Source: the human T2T-CHM13v2.0 reference genome, Homo sapiens. From it: a stretch of DNA of 64,000 bases. The translations under genes were made by a program, and so were the position numbers. The stretch is from NCBI RefSeq assembly GCF_009914755.1, contig NC_060927.1, one strand, 5' to 3'. Below, piece by piece: positions 48,686-62,104 of the stretch. Every line of letters begins with the position of its first letter. Within the stretch, counting starts at the first letter, position 1. The notes under the pieces were generated by a model. The model made no database searches and was not told the DNA's origin. It saw nothing but the letters and a program-made list of their open reading frames with translations.

Positions 48686-49706
48686 CCAGAGGCAGTGGCT
48701 CACGCCTGTAATCCCAGCATTTTGAGAGGCTGAGGCCAGTGGATCGCTTGAGCTCAGGAGTTCAAGACCAACCTAGGCAACATGGTGAAACTCTATTTCT
48801 ACCAAAAATACAAAAAATTAGGTGAGTGTGATGGCTTGCCCCTGTGGTCCTGAGAGGGGAAGCCGGCTGGGCTTTTGGGTTGGGTGGGGACTTGGAAAAC
48901 TTTTCTGTCTAGCTAAAGCATTGTAAACACACCAATCAGTGCGCTGTGTCTAGCCAAAGGTTTGTAAACGTACCAATCAGCACTCCGTGTCTAGGTAAAG
49001 GATTGTGAATGCACCAATCAGCACTCTGTAAAATGGACCAATCAGCACTCTGTAAAATGTACCAATCAGCTCTCTGTAAAACAAAGCAATCAGCAGGATG
49101 TGGTCGGGGGCTAAATAGAGGAATAAAAGCTGGCCACCCCAGCCAGCAGCAGCTACCAGCTTGGGTCACTTTCCATGCTGTGGAAGCTTTGTTCTTTCGC
49201 TCTTCACAATAAATCTTGCTGCTGCTCACTCTTTGGGTCCGCACTACCTTTATGAGCTGTAACACTCACCGCGAGAGTCTGTGGCTTCATTCCTGAAGTC
49301 AGCGAGACCACGAACCCACTGGGAGGAACAAACAACTCCGGACGCACCACCTTTAAGATCTGTAACACTCACTGCAAAGGTCTGTGGCTTCACGCCTGAA
49401 GTCAGTGAGACCACGAACTCAACGGAAGGAAGAAACTCCAGACACATCTGAACATCTGAAGGAATAAACTCCGGACACACCATCTTTAAGAGCTGTAACA
49501 CTCACTGCGAGGGTTCACGGCTTCATTCCTGAAGTCAGCGAGACCAAGAACCCACAGGAAGGAATAAATTCCGGGCACAGTCCCAGCTACCGGGGAAGCT
49601 GAGCCAGGAGAATCGCTTGAACCCTGGAGGCAGAGGTTTAGTGAGCTAAGATCACACTACTGCACTCCAGCCTGGGCAACACAGCAAAACTCTGTCTCAA
49701 AAAAAC
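48686..49706 (+). mobile_element. Alu split by LTR12
   Basis: Alu runs 48686-48850 (...cctgtggtcc) and resumes at 49580 (gtcccagctac...) to an A tail. Confidence 0.9.
48851..49579 (+). mobile_element. Solo LTR12 (ERV9), short form
   Basis: TG...CA, 729 bp, 4-bp TSD GTCC. Five CCAATCAG boxes (48932, 48973, 49014, 49038, 49062), AATAAAA at ~49122, AATAAA at ~49208, three U5 repeats beginning ctgtaacactcac. Confidence 0.95.
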
Positions 49707-50510
49707 AAAAGAAGACATACATGCAGCCAACATATGGAAAAAAGCTCAACATCGCTAATCATTAGAGAAATGCAAATCAAAACCACAATGAGATACCCTC
49801 TCATGCCAGTCAGAATGGCGATTATTAAAAAGTCCAGAAACAACACATGCTGGCAAGGTTGCAGAGAGAAGGGAACATGTACACTGTTGGTGGGAATGCA
49901 AATTAATTCAACCATTGTGGAAAGCAGTATGGCAGTTCCTCGAAGGGCTAAAAAGCAGAACTACCTTTCAACCCAGCAATCCCATTACTGGGTATATAAC
50001 CAGTAACATAAATCATTCTGCCATAAAGACACATGCAAGTGAATGTTCACTGCATCACCACTCACAATCGCAAAGACGTGAAATCAACCTTAATGCCCAT
50101 TAATGACAGATCAAAGAAAAGAAAATGTGGCACATATATACCACAGAGTACTATGCAGCCATAAAAAAGAAAGAGATCATGTCTTTTGCGGGAACATGGA
50201 TGGCACTGTAGGCCATTATCCTTAGCAAACTAACTTGGAAATGGAAAACCAAATACCACATGCTCTCACTTATAAGTGGGAGATAAATGATGAGAACTCA
50301 TGGGCACAAAGAAGGGAACAACAGACACTGGGGCCTACTTGAGGGTGGAGGGTGGGAGGAAGACAGGGAGCAGAAAAGATAACTGTTGGGTACTAGGCTT
50401 AGTACCTGGGTGATGAGACAATCTGTACAACAAACCCCCTTGACTTGAGCTTACCTATATAACAAACCTGCACATGTACCCCTGAGCCTAAAATAAAAGT
50501 TAAAAAAAGA
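49707..50510 (+). mobile_element. Older L1P (L1PA13-16/L1PB-like) 3' fragment
   Basis: [26 protein letters not shown] is the L1 ORF2 C-terminus. 3' UTR ends catgtacccctgagcctaaaataaaag. Confidence 0.88.
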
Positions 50511-50699
50511 AAAGAATTGCCTAGCTAGGCAGTAATGTGTTTGGCTTATTAATGTTTGTGGGAAAAAGCATAAAAATAACATAGGCTTTGGAAGCCGACT
50601 GCTTGGTTTAAATCGTGAGTGTGGCCTTGGACAAGCACTGTCCTCATCTGTAAAATGGGGGTTAGAATGTGGCTGTGAAATTTGGAGGAGAAAACTGGG

Positions 50700-51200
50700 T
50701 CCCAGTTTCCCACAAAGGGGCAGCTCCCTTGCCTCCTGTGTGGAGGTGGTCTGAGGCACAGTGTGCGCTTGAGGGCAGCAAGTGGGGGCTCTTGGCGAGG
50801 ACTGAGCTGTGCGGCTCTGGCTGCTTTGTGCGCCCTCTTTGTTGACCATCTGCCTGGCCCGGAGGTGCCGTCTGCCATCTGGGCCTAGACTGCTCTGCCT
50901 CCCTAGGCTCGGGCCGCCCAGGGCCTCCCTCTGAACAATGCCGAGGACGCCTGCGGGGTGGGCCAGCCTCTGCTTGGGGCCTGCCCCTCGGCCCCTCTCC
51001 CTCGGAGCCAAGCCCAGCTGCGCCCGCGGCCCGGGCCCCTGTGGAGGACTTTCCTGGACTCCCTTGCTGCCTTGCTGCTCCACCCCAGGCCTGCCTCCGC
51101 GCTGTTTCCTCACTGGGATGGTTCTGACTTTGTGTAGGAACTGACTAGGCCTGGAGGCACGAGTGTGTCTGCATTTACGAGAATGTTACTGAGTTAATTC
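50700..51200. promoter_or_regulatory. GC/CpG-rich non-repeat patch, candidate enhancer
   Basis: Abrupt GC rise with many retained CpGs (gcgcccgcggcccggg) and no repeat family I recognise. Confidence 0.45.
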
Positions 51201-51619
51201 TGTTTCCTGCGCGTTATTCTCCTTCTTCCTCCTTTTTGGACATGGACCCATCATCCGTGTTTAGGTGGTGTTCATTAAAGAAACTCCTCTCTGTAATTTT
51301 GTTGCAGTGACTCTGTGGATGTTTCCTCAGTTAGGCTCTGCACAGGGAGAGCTGGTGGGCAGAGGGTGCGTGATTATGTACAAGGGGCCTGGGGAGGGTA
51401 AGAGGAAAAATAGAGAAGAAAACAATAGTTTCAAATAATTGGGGGAAACAGTCCCATTTTTATTTGCATATATAACCTCAGGCTTTGAACATTTAGGTTT
51501 TAATATTTCACAATAAAATGAGCAAGACTCCAAAAAATATAATAATAAACAGACTTGTCTTCACAGAGAAAGAAATCAAATGAGTTCCTTGTAGAAGAAT
51601 TTTACTTCCATTGTGCCTT

Positions 51620-51980
51620 TGACCATCACCGATATAGCCCTGTGAGGCAGGTAGCATTATCACCACAGCAGAGCACGGGAAGGGAAAGCTCAGAGAAGGT
51701 AAGTGACTTGCCATAAATCACACAGCTGGCCAATGGCAGAGGCTAACTCAGATCCGGGGTTCTCTGGCTCCAAACCCTGTGCTCGCCTCAACAGGCTCAC
51801 CCAGTCCATTGTGAGGCATGGAGCCCTGTGGGTGTAAGTCTTGTGTTGCTCGCTCATTGATGGGTGATGTGACCTCAGTGGGGAAGGCCCACCAGGCCTC
51901 AGCCTCCTTCCTTGTAAAGCAGGGGTGTTACTCATCCTATTGCAGAAGGTGCTCCTAAGCCTTAAGTAAAATAATAGATA
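51620..51980. mobile_element. MIR fragments
   Basis: gctcagagaaggtaagtgacttgcc...tcacacagct (-) and aggcctcagcctccttccttgtaaa (+). Confidence 0.65.
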
Positions 51981-52577
51981 AGGAGGAATTGTTATAAGTA
52001 CAGAGAGCAGCTGTTCTCTGTGTGGATGCTGCTTTTTATCCCAAGCCTGTGAACCCTGTAATTTCTTTTAACAGGTGGCATGCGCCACAGTGGCTCAGGG
52101 ATCTCCCTGCCATAGAGAAGAAGAGAAATGCAACATCTCTGGCAGGGTTGCAGGAAGCTGAATGTGATGGCTTCCAAGAGGAGGAAGGAAGCCACAGTGA
52201 GGAAGAGGAGGGGATGAAGATTCAAAGTACAGCTGGCCACAAGGAAGGGTAGGAGAGATGACTCAGGCCTTGGAGGCAGAGCCAGGGAAGAGGAAACACA
52301 CAAATGGAAGAAAGAAAGCCACAGCAAAGAAACCACCTCAGCGTCTTGACCTTCCAGCAACTCCTGATGCCCCACAACACATGCACGTAGCCCACTGGGT
52401 GTTCCCAGTGCTTTTCCCAGCCCACCCCATAACAGCCAGGGTCTCCAACCAGGGAAAGAAGAATTAAAGCTGCCAAGACCCCATTTTGTTTTCCCATAAG
52501 TATCCAAAAGGGTATTGTATACTTCTGTTAACATTCTATATATTTTTTATATGTATACATTTCATTGTTCATTTCTA

Positions 52578-52940
52578 TTTTTTTGTGTGTTTGTTTGTTT
52601 GTTTTGTTGTTGTTGTTGTTTGAGACAGAGTTTCATTTCTGTTGCCCAGGCTGGAGTGTAGTGGTGCAATCTCGGCTCACTGCAACCTCTCCCTCCTGGA
52701 TTCACTGCAACCTCTCCCTCCTGGATTCAAGTGATTCTCTTGCCTCAGCCACCCAAGTAGCTGGGATTACAGGCACACCTCAGTAGGCCTGGCTAAGTTT
52801 TTTAGTATTTTTAGTGGAGACTAAAAACTTTAGTGGGTTTTGCCATGTTGGCCAGGCTGGTTTCAAACTCTGGGTCTCAAGTGATCCGCCCGCCTAGGCC
52901 TCCCAAAGTGCTGGGACTACAGGCATGAGTCACCGCGCCC
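52578..52940 (-). mobile_element. AluS with internal duplication
   Basis: Antisense dimer, (TTG)n tail, 25-bp tandem duplication. Confidence 0.92.
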
Positions 52941-53658
52941 ATTCCCACTTTTTAAAGTGAGTTATTTGTTGTCTTACTATTGAACTGTGAGAGTTGTTCA
53001 TAAATTCTGGATACAAGTCACTTACCAAATATGTGTTTTTCACATATTTTCTGCCCACTGTGGCTTATCTTCTCATAGTCATAGCAGTCTTTCAAAGAAC
53101 AGAAACTTTTCATTTTGATGAAGTCCAACTTATCAATTTTTCTCTTAAGGTTCATGCTTTTTATGTTCTCTTTAGGAAATATTTGCCTAAGTCTTAAAGT
53201 CAGGAAGATGAAGATTTGACATTAACTCTAGGATCCATCTTGAATTAATTTTTGCATATGTTCAAGTTAAAGATTAAGTTTTTTTTGTGCATGTGGAGGT
53301 CCAAATGGTTTAATATTATTTGTTGAAAAACCTATGCTTTCTCCATTCACTGATCGTGGAACTTTGTTGAAAATCAATTGACTATACATGTGTAGGTCTA
53401 CTTATGGTTTCTATTCTGTCCCATTGATCTATATGTCCATTCTTATGCCAATTCCACACTGTCCTGATTATTATAGTGAGTTATGAAAGCAGGTAGTGCG
53501 AATCCTCTAACTTGTTCTTCCTTTTCAAAATGGTTTTGGCTACTATCAGTTCTTTGTTTTCCCATATGAATTTTAAAATCAGCTTGTAAATTTTGAAAAG
53601 CCTCCTGGAATATTGATTAGGATTGTGCTGAATTTATACATCAGTTTTGGGGAATTGA

Positions 53659-54094
<436 letters not shown>

Positions 54095-54719
54095 TGATAA
54101 ATGGTACTATTTTATAAATTTTATTTCTAATCATTCATTTGTAGTATATACAAATACAGTAGATTTTTGTATATTGACTTTGTTTCCTCTGAAGTTGCTC
54201 AATTCTCTTAATAGTCTTAATTGGTTTTTTGTAGATTCTTTAGAATTTTTTACCTATATGATCATGTTAACAAATAAGGACAGTTATATTTCTTCCTTTC
54301 CAATCTGAATGCCTTCTATTTCTTTTCTTTGTCTCATTGAGCTTGTGAGGATCTCTACTATGACGTTGAATAGAAGTGCTGAGAGTGAATATTTTTATTT
54401 CCATTCTTGGGGCAAAGGCTTCAGTTTTTCACCAATGGTATTAGTTTAGCTGTAGGTTCTTAATAGATACCCTAATCAGGTTGAGAAATCTCTTTGTTCA
54501 CTTCTATTAGTTTGCTGATAATTTTTTAAAAGTCATAAATTGAATTGAATTTTGTCAAATACTTTTTGCAACTATTGAGACGCTTATAAAGTTCTTTTTT
54601 TTTTTTTTAGCCTGTTGATGCTGTGAATTACCTTGATTGATGTTTGAATATTCAGCCAACCCTGCATTCCTGGAATAAACCTTACTTGGTCATGATGTAC
54701 TATCTTTTAAAATATATTA

Positions 54720-55070
<351 letters not shown>

Positions 55071-58000
55071 TTATTATTTATATATGTAATATATGTAAAA
55101 TACATAGTATATATTATATATATCTATATTAGATATATATTAGATAATATAGATATATATGTATTTGGATAATATATATACACACATATATGTATTTGGA
55201 TTAGATTTGCTAAATTTTAAAGAAATGTTTGCATCAATGTTCATAATAGTCTGTGGTTTACTTTTCTTTTCATGTTGTCTTTGGTATCAGGATAGTGCTG
55301 GCCTCAGAATGAGTTGGGAAGTGTTCCATCCTCTTCTATTTTCTGGAAGAGTTTGTGTAGAACTGGTCTTATTTCCTTCGTAGATGTTTGTTAGAAATCA
55401 CAAGTAAAACCCTCTGGGATTGAACTCTTTTTGTGAGAATATTTTAAACTCTGAATTTAGTTTCTTTCTATATAGAGAGCTTTTCAGGTCATATATTTCT
55501 TGTCAAGTGAGTTTTGGTAATTTGTATCTTTCAGAGAATTTGCCCATTTAAGGTAAGTTATCAGTTTTATTGGTACAAAGTTGTTTGTAAAGTTGTTCAT
55601 AAAAGTGGTATAAAAATTTTCCTTTATTTTTCTTTTAATATTTATTGGATCTATAGTAATGTCTCCTCTTTCATTCCTCATAGCGATAATTTGTGTCTTT
55701 TCTCTTTTTCTCTTGATTAGTTTGGCTAGATGTTTATCAACTTTATGTATCTTTTTTTTAAAAAAAGTTCATTTATTTTTATTCTTTCTTTGTTTTCAAT
55801 TCCATTTATTCCTGTTATTCTCTTTATTGTTCCCTTCCTTCTGCTTGCTTTGGGATTACTTTATTCTTTTTCTAGTTGCTTAATGTAGATGATATTATTG
55901 ATTTAAGGCCCTTTCTGTTTTCTAATATCAGCATTTTGTAATATAAATTTCTCTCTAAGCATTACTCTAATTGAAAAAGCTATAGATTATGTTATGTTGT
56001 GTTTTTATTATCATTCAATTTAAAATATGTTTAATTTTCCTTGTAACCTTCTCTTTGACTTAGGAGTTATTTAAAAATGTGCTGCTCAATTTCCAAATAT
56101 TTGTATATGTTCCAAATATCTTTCTGTTTGATTATATTTAACTGACTTCTGGTTTAATTTTGTTCAAATGATTATACTTTTTGTGATGCTGATTTTTTGT
56201 AAACATGTTGAGATTTGTTTCACGGCATAGAATATGGTTTATTTTCATGTTTGTTCAATGTGTACTTGAAAAGATTGTGTATTCTATTTTGGGTTAGAGT
56301 GTGCTATAAATGCCAGTTAGGTCATGTTGGTTGATCTCTCTGTGACTTCAATATATTGAAACTTGTTTTGTGGCTCATTATATAGTCTATGTTGCTGAAG
56401 ATACCTTATGGGCTTGGAAAAATAATATGTATTTTTTCTTATTACAGATTTTTTTGTGGTTATCGTTTACTAAGAGAGGGGTTTTAAAATCTTTACCTAC
56501 AACTTAGAAATTGTCTATTTTTCCTTTAATTCTGTATAATTTTGCTTCATAAATTATACACCTGTTATGTTGAGTATATACACTTTTATGATTCATGTTA
56601 TGATGTTGAATATATATATATTTATAATTCATGTCTTCCTGATTAGTTTACCCCTTTATAATTATGAAATGACCCTTTTTTTAATCTCTGTAACATTTTT
56701 TCTGCCATTAAGATAGCCACCATAGCTTTCTTAATCTTAGTGTTTACCTGCTGTATTTTTAAAAATCTATTTTCTTTCAGTCGCTCTGGATTTTTATTTT
56801 TAAAGTGCATCTCTTAGTGGCACTTAGTTTTAAAGTGCGCCTCTTAGTTTGCACTTTTTTTAGTACACTTTGACAATCTCAGCCTTTTCATTAGAGGGTT
56901 ACTCAAAACATTTGGTGTAGTTATTTATATAGTTGAATTTGAATTAATAACTCTATGATTAGTTTTCTGTCTCCTCTTTTTTAATTTTTAAATAATTTTT
57001 CTTTCCCTCCTTTTCTATTTTATTTCATATTGAGTCCTTTTTCTAGCATTTCATTAAATTAATCGATTGGCTTTTATCAATATGTCTTTGTATTTCTTTT
57101 TGTTAGTTGCACCAATGATTACAATATATATCCTTAACTTTCCATGGTTTATTTAAAATTAATATTGTATCACTTCATGAAAATATGGGACCGTATTTTG
57201 CAGCCTTATATGTCTGAGTCCACCTAATTTCATTCTTTATGCCATAGTTGTCATAGTATTACTTCTACACATATTATAAATCCCATAAGGTAATATACTT
57301 TTTTGTTTAAACAGTTCTATGCATTTTAAAGAAGCAGATCATAATAATAATTGTTTTATTTACACAAATATTTACAACTTTTGATACTTTTCATTCCTTC
57401 GTGGATATCTGAGTTTTCATATAGTATCATCTCCCTTCACCCTGAGGAATTTTCTCTGCCTTTTTTGGTCATGTAGTCCTGCTAGCGACAAGTTCTCTTA
57501 GTCTTCTTTAACTAAAAATATCTTAGTTATCCAAAGAATACTTTCACTAGATGTAGAATTCTGAGATGACAGTGTTTTTCTTTTGGCTCTTAAAAAAATG
57601 TTTCACTGTTCTCTGGCTTCCACAGTTTCTGATGAAACACTCGTTGACATTCAAATCATTGCTCCTTTATAAGTAATGTGTCATTTTTATCTAACTGCTT
57701 TCAAGATTTTCTCTTTATCTTTGGTTTCATCAATTTAACTGTGATATGCCTAGATGTGATTTTCTTCTTATTTATTCTATTTTTGGTTCTCTAAGTTTCT
57801 TGAATCTTCAAATGTATATTTTTCACCAAATTTGAGTGATTTCCAGCCATTATTTATTTGAATATCTTTTCTGCTTCATTTTCTTTCTCCTCTGGGATTC
57901 CAACTACACCTATGTTGGATCTTTTGATACAGTCTTACAGGGTCCGGAATCTTTGTTCACTTCTTACAATCTTTTTTTCCCCCTTTCTGTTACTCAGATT

Positions 58001-58130
58001 GAAGACTTTCTCTTGATCTATCTTCAAGTTCATTCGTTCTTTTTTTATTTCCATTCTTCTGTTAAGCCTATCAGTACCTTTTTAAAAAAACTTCAGAGAT
58101 TATACTTCTCATTTCTAGATTTTCCATTTG

Positions 58131-58132
<2 letters not shown>

Positions 58133-58166
<34 letters not shown>
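58133..58166. repeat. (TG)n microsatellite
   Basis: Directly visible. Confidence 0.97.
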
Positions 58167-58168
<2 letters not shown>

Positions 58169-59434
58169 CTGTATGTGTGCTGTGCTTTCATGTATTTTCC
58201 TCTACTTGCTTTAGCACAGTTATAATAGCTGCTTTAAAATTTTTATATGCTCATTTTAACATCTGTGTTATCTCAGGGTTGGTCTTTGTTGATTTTTTTT
58301 GTCTTGTTAATTGGTTAGATTTTTCTGATCTTCACGTGTCAAATATTTTTGGACTGTACCCCAACATTGTGAATATTATATTCACAATGTGAATGTGAAA
58401 AACACTGTCATCTCAGAATTCTACTTCTAGTGAAAGTATTCTTTCAGGAATAAAGAAAAAACTATTAATAAGATATTTTTAGATAAAGAAGACTGAGAGA
58501 ACTTGTTGCTGACAGAACTATATGACAAAATAAAAGCACAGAAAATTCTTCCGAGTGAGGGGAAATTATACTATGTGAAAACTCAGTTCACTTATTTTTT
58601 TTCCTAACTCAGATGCTCACAATCTGCCCAGGTATGCATGGATCAGGGGCTATGCAGAGATTAGGGTAGAGATTTTGCACAGAATTTGGGACTTCTCCTC
58701 TCTAGCTGTGTGCTTTACAGAATCCCTCCTCACTTCTCAGTGGCTTCAGTTGCCCTGAACTCTGTCCTCTAGTTTTTTTAGGCCAGAAAGACTATTGGTT
58801 TTCAAGCAGATATTTAGCTACCATGTGTAGTACTGATTTAGACCTGGAACAAGGTTAAAAGCCACACGTGTGAATAATTCAATCTGTGCCATTCATTTTT
58901 TCCAAGTGTAGATGCCTCTCCAGAATCTATTTGCTTACCATCATTCTTCAGGCCCAGGTCATTTTTTTTTTTTTTTGGTATGTTTATCCAAGTTTATATC
59001 GTTCTTTCTGGGAGGATCAGATCCATTGGCCATATTGGCAGTGAAAATCTCCTTTTGCCTTTGTTTTGTCTATATACTCACTTTTGTCATATTTATTTTA
59101 GGCCTGTTTGACATATGTATGACAAAATGTGTCCAACATAAAATAAACATTTCTTTTGCTGAGTTCTAACAACGTTAAAATGAACAAAAATCTAGGAGTA
59201 CTAAGATGAAGCCTATTGACACCTTCTCCAGTTTTCCACAAGAAAGGGTTCATTCTTGTGTGTTCTAACACTTCTAAAGGGAAGACCTTTGCAGGACACT
59301 TTCCTACAACAAAGGTAAAGAAAGCCATTGGCTCAAATTATGAGACCACTGAGTAGGAAGAACTTGAAAGGGGCCATGCTAAACAATGCCCCACTCCATA
59401 TTGGGAGACTTGCCCCCTGCAACCTCCCTAGTTG

Positions 59435-59900
59435 ATTCATTTACTCATTAATATTTATGGAGCACCTCATATGTGTCATATGTGGTGCTGAGTGATAGTG
59501 AAATGATTAGCAGCAATTTACTAGGGGAGCCAGATGTGAAACAATAGCCCACAGATACAGAATTTTAAACTGCGATTAGTGCCATGCATGAAAAGCATTG
59601 GGTGCTACAAGAATGCATAATGGGGAACTTGGCCCAGCCTGAGAAGTCACGGAAGGCTTCCCTCAGGAGCAAGAAGTCATTTAAAAGAGAAGCAAAAGTT
59701 AACTGTGTGTGCTAGTTGGGGTAGTTCTAGTTAGAAGGAACAGCATGTGTAAAGACCCAGAGGTCAGAGGGAGGACTGAAAATGCAAAGAATGGAGAGCA
59801 GACTAGTGAGCTAGAGCCTGAAGGACAATGAGAGTGAGTAGCACAAGATAAAGCTATAGAGGACAGAGTCATGGCCAGGCAAACTTTGTGGTCCAGTTTA
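59435..59900 (-). mobile_element. L2 3' fragment
   Basis: attcatttactcattaatatttatggagcacc and gaagtcacggaaggcttccc. Confidence 0.7.
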
Positions 59901-60385
59901 GAAATATGTTTTTCTTTTTATTCTCTTTCCTCATCTTCCTTCTCCTTTTACCCTTTGTTGAATAATGAAAATAACCTATAGACTTATTCAAAGAAAATCC
60001 AGTGACCCTCTCTGGCCCCCTCCCTGTCCCACTCCATAGAGATAACCACCATCGAGGTTTCTAGAACTGTTTCACAAACACAAAAACATATGTAAAAATA
60101 TATAGCTTCTTCTTAAAAAAACTGATGTGTAGCAAGAAGGGAGATGGGGTTCTATACACAATGTTTTGAACCTTCACTTGCTTCATTTGACAATACACAA
60201 AGAGACTTTTCCACATCAACACAGTTAGATGTACACCAATTTTTTCAAGATCTGCACGGTACTCCAATGGACAGATGTGCCATGATTTATTTACTCAGTC
60301 CCTGATTGATGGATATTTTAAGTTTCTTCTATTCTTTGTTGCTACAAACAATGTAGCAATGAACACTCTTGTAAAGACATATTTG

Positions 60386-60691
60386 AACACATGGAGGGGA
60401 ACAACACACACTGGGGTCTGTCAGGGGGTGGGGGGCAAGGGGAGGGAGAGCATTAGGACAAATACCTAATGCATACGGGGCTTAAAACCTAGATGACGGG
60501 TTGATAGGTGCAGCAAACCAGCATGGCACATGTATACCTATGTAACAAACCTGCACATTCTGCACATGTATCCCAGAACTTAAAGTAAAAAAATATATAT
60601 ATTTATATAATTTTTTAAATAAATAAGTATATAATATATATTTAAATATATAAAATATATAATATATATAAAATAAATAAAATATATATTT
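60386..60691 (+). mobile_element. L1PA (PA7/8-like) 3' fragment with AT-rich tail
   Basis: Perfect 14-bp TSD taaagacatatttg (60372-60385, 60692-60705). Confidence 0.92.
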
Positions 60692-61317
60692 TAAAGACAT
60701 ATTTGGGTACATTTGTGAGTATATGTGTAGGATAAATTAGTTTTGGTGGAATTTCTTGGTGAAAAATGTATGCACATTTACAATTTTTATAGACATTGCA
60801 TAATTGTCCCCCAGAGATGTTTGTCTAGCACGCTTTCATCATTAAAATGTTCTGTAGGCATAGCTTATCATCAGGGGCCTAGGAACAGGTTTGGGCACTG
60901 AAAAGCATATATTAGCTTCCTAACACAAAGGGAAACTGCAAATTTGAGATCAACATATATTTCATCAAATATCTCTACAATGTATTACTTGTAATGTTAT
61001 TATTCCTAAAAAGTTCATTATATTTAAAAACAATTTGTAGGCTATATATTTTACTCATGTTGCAGGAATTCACAAGTATGTGAATTCTTGTTGATAAATG
61101 GCCTATCATAAATCAAATAGCCTATTATAAATTCAATAGCCCATTATAAGAATTACTTATAGCCAAGACATTTCAAAAGAAAAATTATTTTAAAAACCCT
61201 TTTGATATTTCAATATCAGCAAAAATTACACTTACTATGAATGCATGTGTAGTTTAATATATTTTGTATACTATAGGGTATGGCTTCCAAAAGTAAGACT
61301 GCCTGAGACCTGTGAAG

Positions 61318-62104
61318 TTTTTTTTTTTTCTTCTTCTTCTTGTATTGTTATTATTATTTTTTTTTATTTATTTTTTTTATTGATCATTCTTAGGTGTTTC
61401 TCGCAGAGGGGGATTAGGCAGGGTCATAGGACAATAGTGGAGGGAAGGTCAGCAGATAAACAAGTGAACAAAGGTCTCTGGTTTTCCTAGGCAGAGGACC
61501 CTGGGGCCTTCCGCAGTGTTTGTGTCCCTGGGTACTTGAGATTAGGGAGTGGTGATGACTCTTAAGGAGCATGCTGCCTTCAAGCATCTGTTTAACAAAG
61601 CACATCTCGCACAGCCCTTAATCCATTTAACCCTGAGTGGACACAGCACATGTTTCAGAGAGCACCGGGTTGGGGGTAAGGTCATAGATCAACAGCATCC
61701 CAAGGCGGAAGAATTTTTCTTAGTACAGAACAAAATGGAGTCTCCTATGTCTACTTCTTTCTACACAGACACAGCAACAATCTGATTTCTCTATCTTTTC
61801 CCCACATTTCCCCCTTTTCTATTCGACACAACCGCCATCATCATCATGGCCCGTTCTCAATGAGCTGATGGGAACACCTCCCAGACGGGGTGGCGGCCGG
61901 GCAGAGGGGCTCCTCACTTCCCAGAAGGGGCGGCTGGGCAGAGGTGGCCCCCACCTCCCGGACGGGGCGGCGGCCGGGCGGAGGCTGACCCCCCACCTCC
62001 CTCCCTGACGGGGCAGCTGGCCGGGCGGGGGCTGACTCCCCGCCTCCCTCCCGGACGGGGCGGCTGGCCGGGCAGGGGCTGACTCCCCGCCTCCCTCCCG
62101 GACG
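61318..62104 (-). mobile_element. 5'-truncated SVA (B/C-like): poly-A, SINE-R and partial VNTR
   Basis: Poly-T 61318-61380, SINE-R (gatcattcttaggtgtttctcgcagaggggg...), GC-rich VNTR 61870-62104, TSD tgtgaag (61311-61317, 62105-62111). Confidence 0.96.

Noticed and set aside
48905-49560. Regularly spaced repeats resembling a CRISPR array
   Set aside because: These are the standard LTR12 U3 CCAAT repeats and U5 repeats, with no unique spacers.
50451-51113. 220-aa minus-strand ORF
   Set aside because: Non-ATG start and stop-poor because of high GC. It runs through a MIR into an L1 tail and has low-complexity G/R/P/Q composition.
51992-52534. 180-aa Leu/Ser-rich minus-strand ORF
   Set aside because: Shadow of a purine-rich + strand, with no domain or supporting gene structure.
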